A stretch of 63,602 bases of DNA, filler included, from Sphacelaria rigidula (lineage: Eukaryota), in NCBI GenBank assembly GCA_964200075.2. It is 10 parts of 10 records of this genome, joined end to end, with 100 filler letters (N's around TTAATTAATTAA, not from the genome) between each part and the next. Parts side by side here need not be neighbours in the genome. Positions count along the whole stretch, not along the records: positions 57,333 to 63,602 come from CAXNAA020021107.1; 9 more parts are not named here. One strand, given 5' to 3'. This document shows, piece after piece, positions 61,970-63,602 of this stretch; position 1 is the first letter of the stretch; each line of letters opens with the position of its first letter. A model generated the notes under the pieces. That model was not told where the DNA came from. It did not search any database and saw only the letters and a list, made by a program, of their open reading frames with translations. A program made the translations under genes and the position numbers.

Positions 61970-62442
61970 GGCTACTTCTCACGCATAAAAAAATAACACC
62001 TGTTGAAAAGTGCATTTTTGGCACTTCTCCGTCGTTTTCCCCTCGAAAAGAGGGCCAGGGGACACCTTCGAATGACTTTCTCTACTCGCTGAGGCCGTTC
62101 CAGAGCTTTTTTTTTTGTGTGTTTTTCGTAGGTCACGGTTTCGTTTCTGGCCAAACTCGCATTTTCGATACCAAACGGTCAAGTTATCAAAAAATAGTAG
62201 GGAAACCGACATTTTTTTGGCAACTTGACCGTTTTTTGTTGAAAATGCAAGTTTGGCGAAAAACGAAACCGTGACGTACGGGAAACGCAAAGGTGCTCTG
62301 GAACGGCCTCAGCGAGTAGCGCAAGTCATTCAAAGGTATCAACATCTGCCTGGCCCTCTTCTCGGGGGGAAAACGACAGAGTAGGGCCAAAAATGTACTG
62401 TTCAACCAACACGTTTGACTTTCTGATACATGAGAAGTAGCC
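61970..62442. mobile_element. PIF/Harbinger (Tourist-like) MITE
   Basis: TTA|GGCTACTTCTCA ... TGAGAAGTAGCC|TTA; 3-bp TTA TSD; long imperfect internal foldback. Confidence 0.85.
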
Positions 62443-62666
62443 TTATATCGCGTCCTTTTTTCTGTCTTTAATTTTCTTTTTTCTTCTTCGTTTCTTATGT
62501 TGTTCAGTCATCCATTGCGCAGGCTCTGTAGAGGATGTCTTTTCGACAGCACTCCAGATGGTAGATTTATCTGGGGTTGGTTCCTGATCCATTGTGAAAT
62601 TTCTATCACCGCACACACCAGTGAGTGGCGAGGTAGTGTTTAAAAGCTTCCACTAGGTTGTTTACC

Positions 62667-63047
62667 GGTCGCCTGGGTGGCTGGCTCAGGTAGTAACCTC
62701 GAAACCCTCTGACGGGTAGGTCATGGGTTAGAAATTCGGAGCGATCTAGGATTTTTTCTCACAAAATGCCCAACAGTGGAGAGCGACTATGTCGTGGGTA
62801 CACAAAATTCGACTTGGCGGGCGACGAGGGAAATCGACTGCTTAACCGTTCTCACGATAAAAAATAAAATAAAAGCACCGCAGAAGGAAGGTGGTGAAAT
62901 CAGAAGAAATATAAAAGAAGAGCTCCTGTGTTGGCCTTACTCCGGTGTGACCCCGGCTGGTGCGCCCACATATACCGAAAGGTGTAGACTGGCGTCCAGA
63001 TTAGATGGGATGACAACACAACACACACAAACACAACACACACACAG
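62667..63047 (+). mobile_element. Probable tRNA-derived SINE with (CA)n tail
   Basis: Degenerate A-box-like TGGCTCAGGTAG (~62682) and B-box-like GGTTAGAAATTC (~62726). The 3' half is shared with 8985-9186; CA-rich tail. Confidence 0.55.
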
Positions 63048-63602
63048 TAGGTTCCCTGTAGCTTGGTCGGTTTTTCACGGATCTTTTGTAGTGTAGGTGC
63101 TTCTTGTGTTTCCAGTACAGTTTTGGTTGGGACTACCTTTTTTTGGTTGGGACTACCTTTTGTTGGCTTTTTTGGTTTATGGGTATGGATGGTATGCTCC
63201 TTCCACTGTGTAACGACAAGCGTGAGAGATCGAGCTCATGTGATGAAAGTAATGACGAAACTAATGATATTAATGCAGCGTCTGTGCACAGCCTTATCGG
63301 GGTCTTGGCCGCAACTGTCGGAAGGCGCTATGAGGTTTTAATTCTGGCGATAGCCGCTGCACCAACTTTGTTTGATCCTCTGTATGTGTCAGATGTTTTC
63401 GGTTTTCATTAACTTGTGCAAGGACATTTTCGGATCTTCACGTCGTCCTAGTTAGGTGTAAATTAATTCAGAACAACATAGCCGGCCGACTTCAAACGCT
63501 TGTATCCCTCATGTTGGAGGTGGCGAGTCCCCCCCCCCCCCCCCTGCCTCCCCCGGGCGTGCAGGGCAGGCCGGCATTGTGCGCCATGTCCGGCACCCAC
63601 AA

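Noticed and set aside
104..63412. The great majority of six-frame ORFs in the supplied track
   Set aside because: Short, overlapping on both strands, often inside repeats or low-complexity DNA, with no recognisable motifs. This is expected noise in intron-rich eukaryotic DNA.

Overview
This window is not one locus. It is ten unrelated, length-sorted contigs (6271, 6271, then eight of 6270 bp) joined by identical 100-bp spacers (N44-TTAATTAATTAA-N44), so nothing can be inferred across the gaps. The DNA is repeat-rich, intron-rich eukaryotic sequence, most likely from a brown alga or related stramenopile (inference from a brown-algal-type 5S rRNA fragment, short exons in long TE-filled introns, a plastid fibrillin exon and TTAGGG-like motifs). 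Most computed ORFs are spurious. Manual splice reconstruction supports: a 9-exon calpain-like gene (+, 25815-31468; catalytic Asn replaced by Ser), a 3-exon PITH-domain gene (+, 42103-43460), Ser/Thr kinase exons (14914-18070), a WW-like terminal exon (-, 3919-4242) and a PAP/fibrillin exon (+, 61637-61771). TEs include a decayed Ty3/gypsy pol, a decayed Ty1/copia gag-protease, a MULE-like element and many MITEs (hAT-, piggyBac-, Tc1/mariner-, Harbinger- and Ginger-like). Three observations stand out: (1) a ~890-bp palindrome holding two head-to-head copies of one kinase exon, with the intact copy antisense to the upstream exons and the decayed copy in sense; (2) a perfect 58-bp 5S-rRNA-derived palindrome inside a MITE; (3) about 17 copies of a short poly-C-flanked element whose stems are conserved across two subfamilies.
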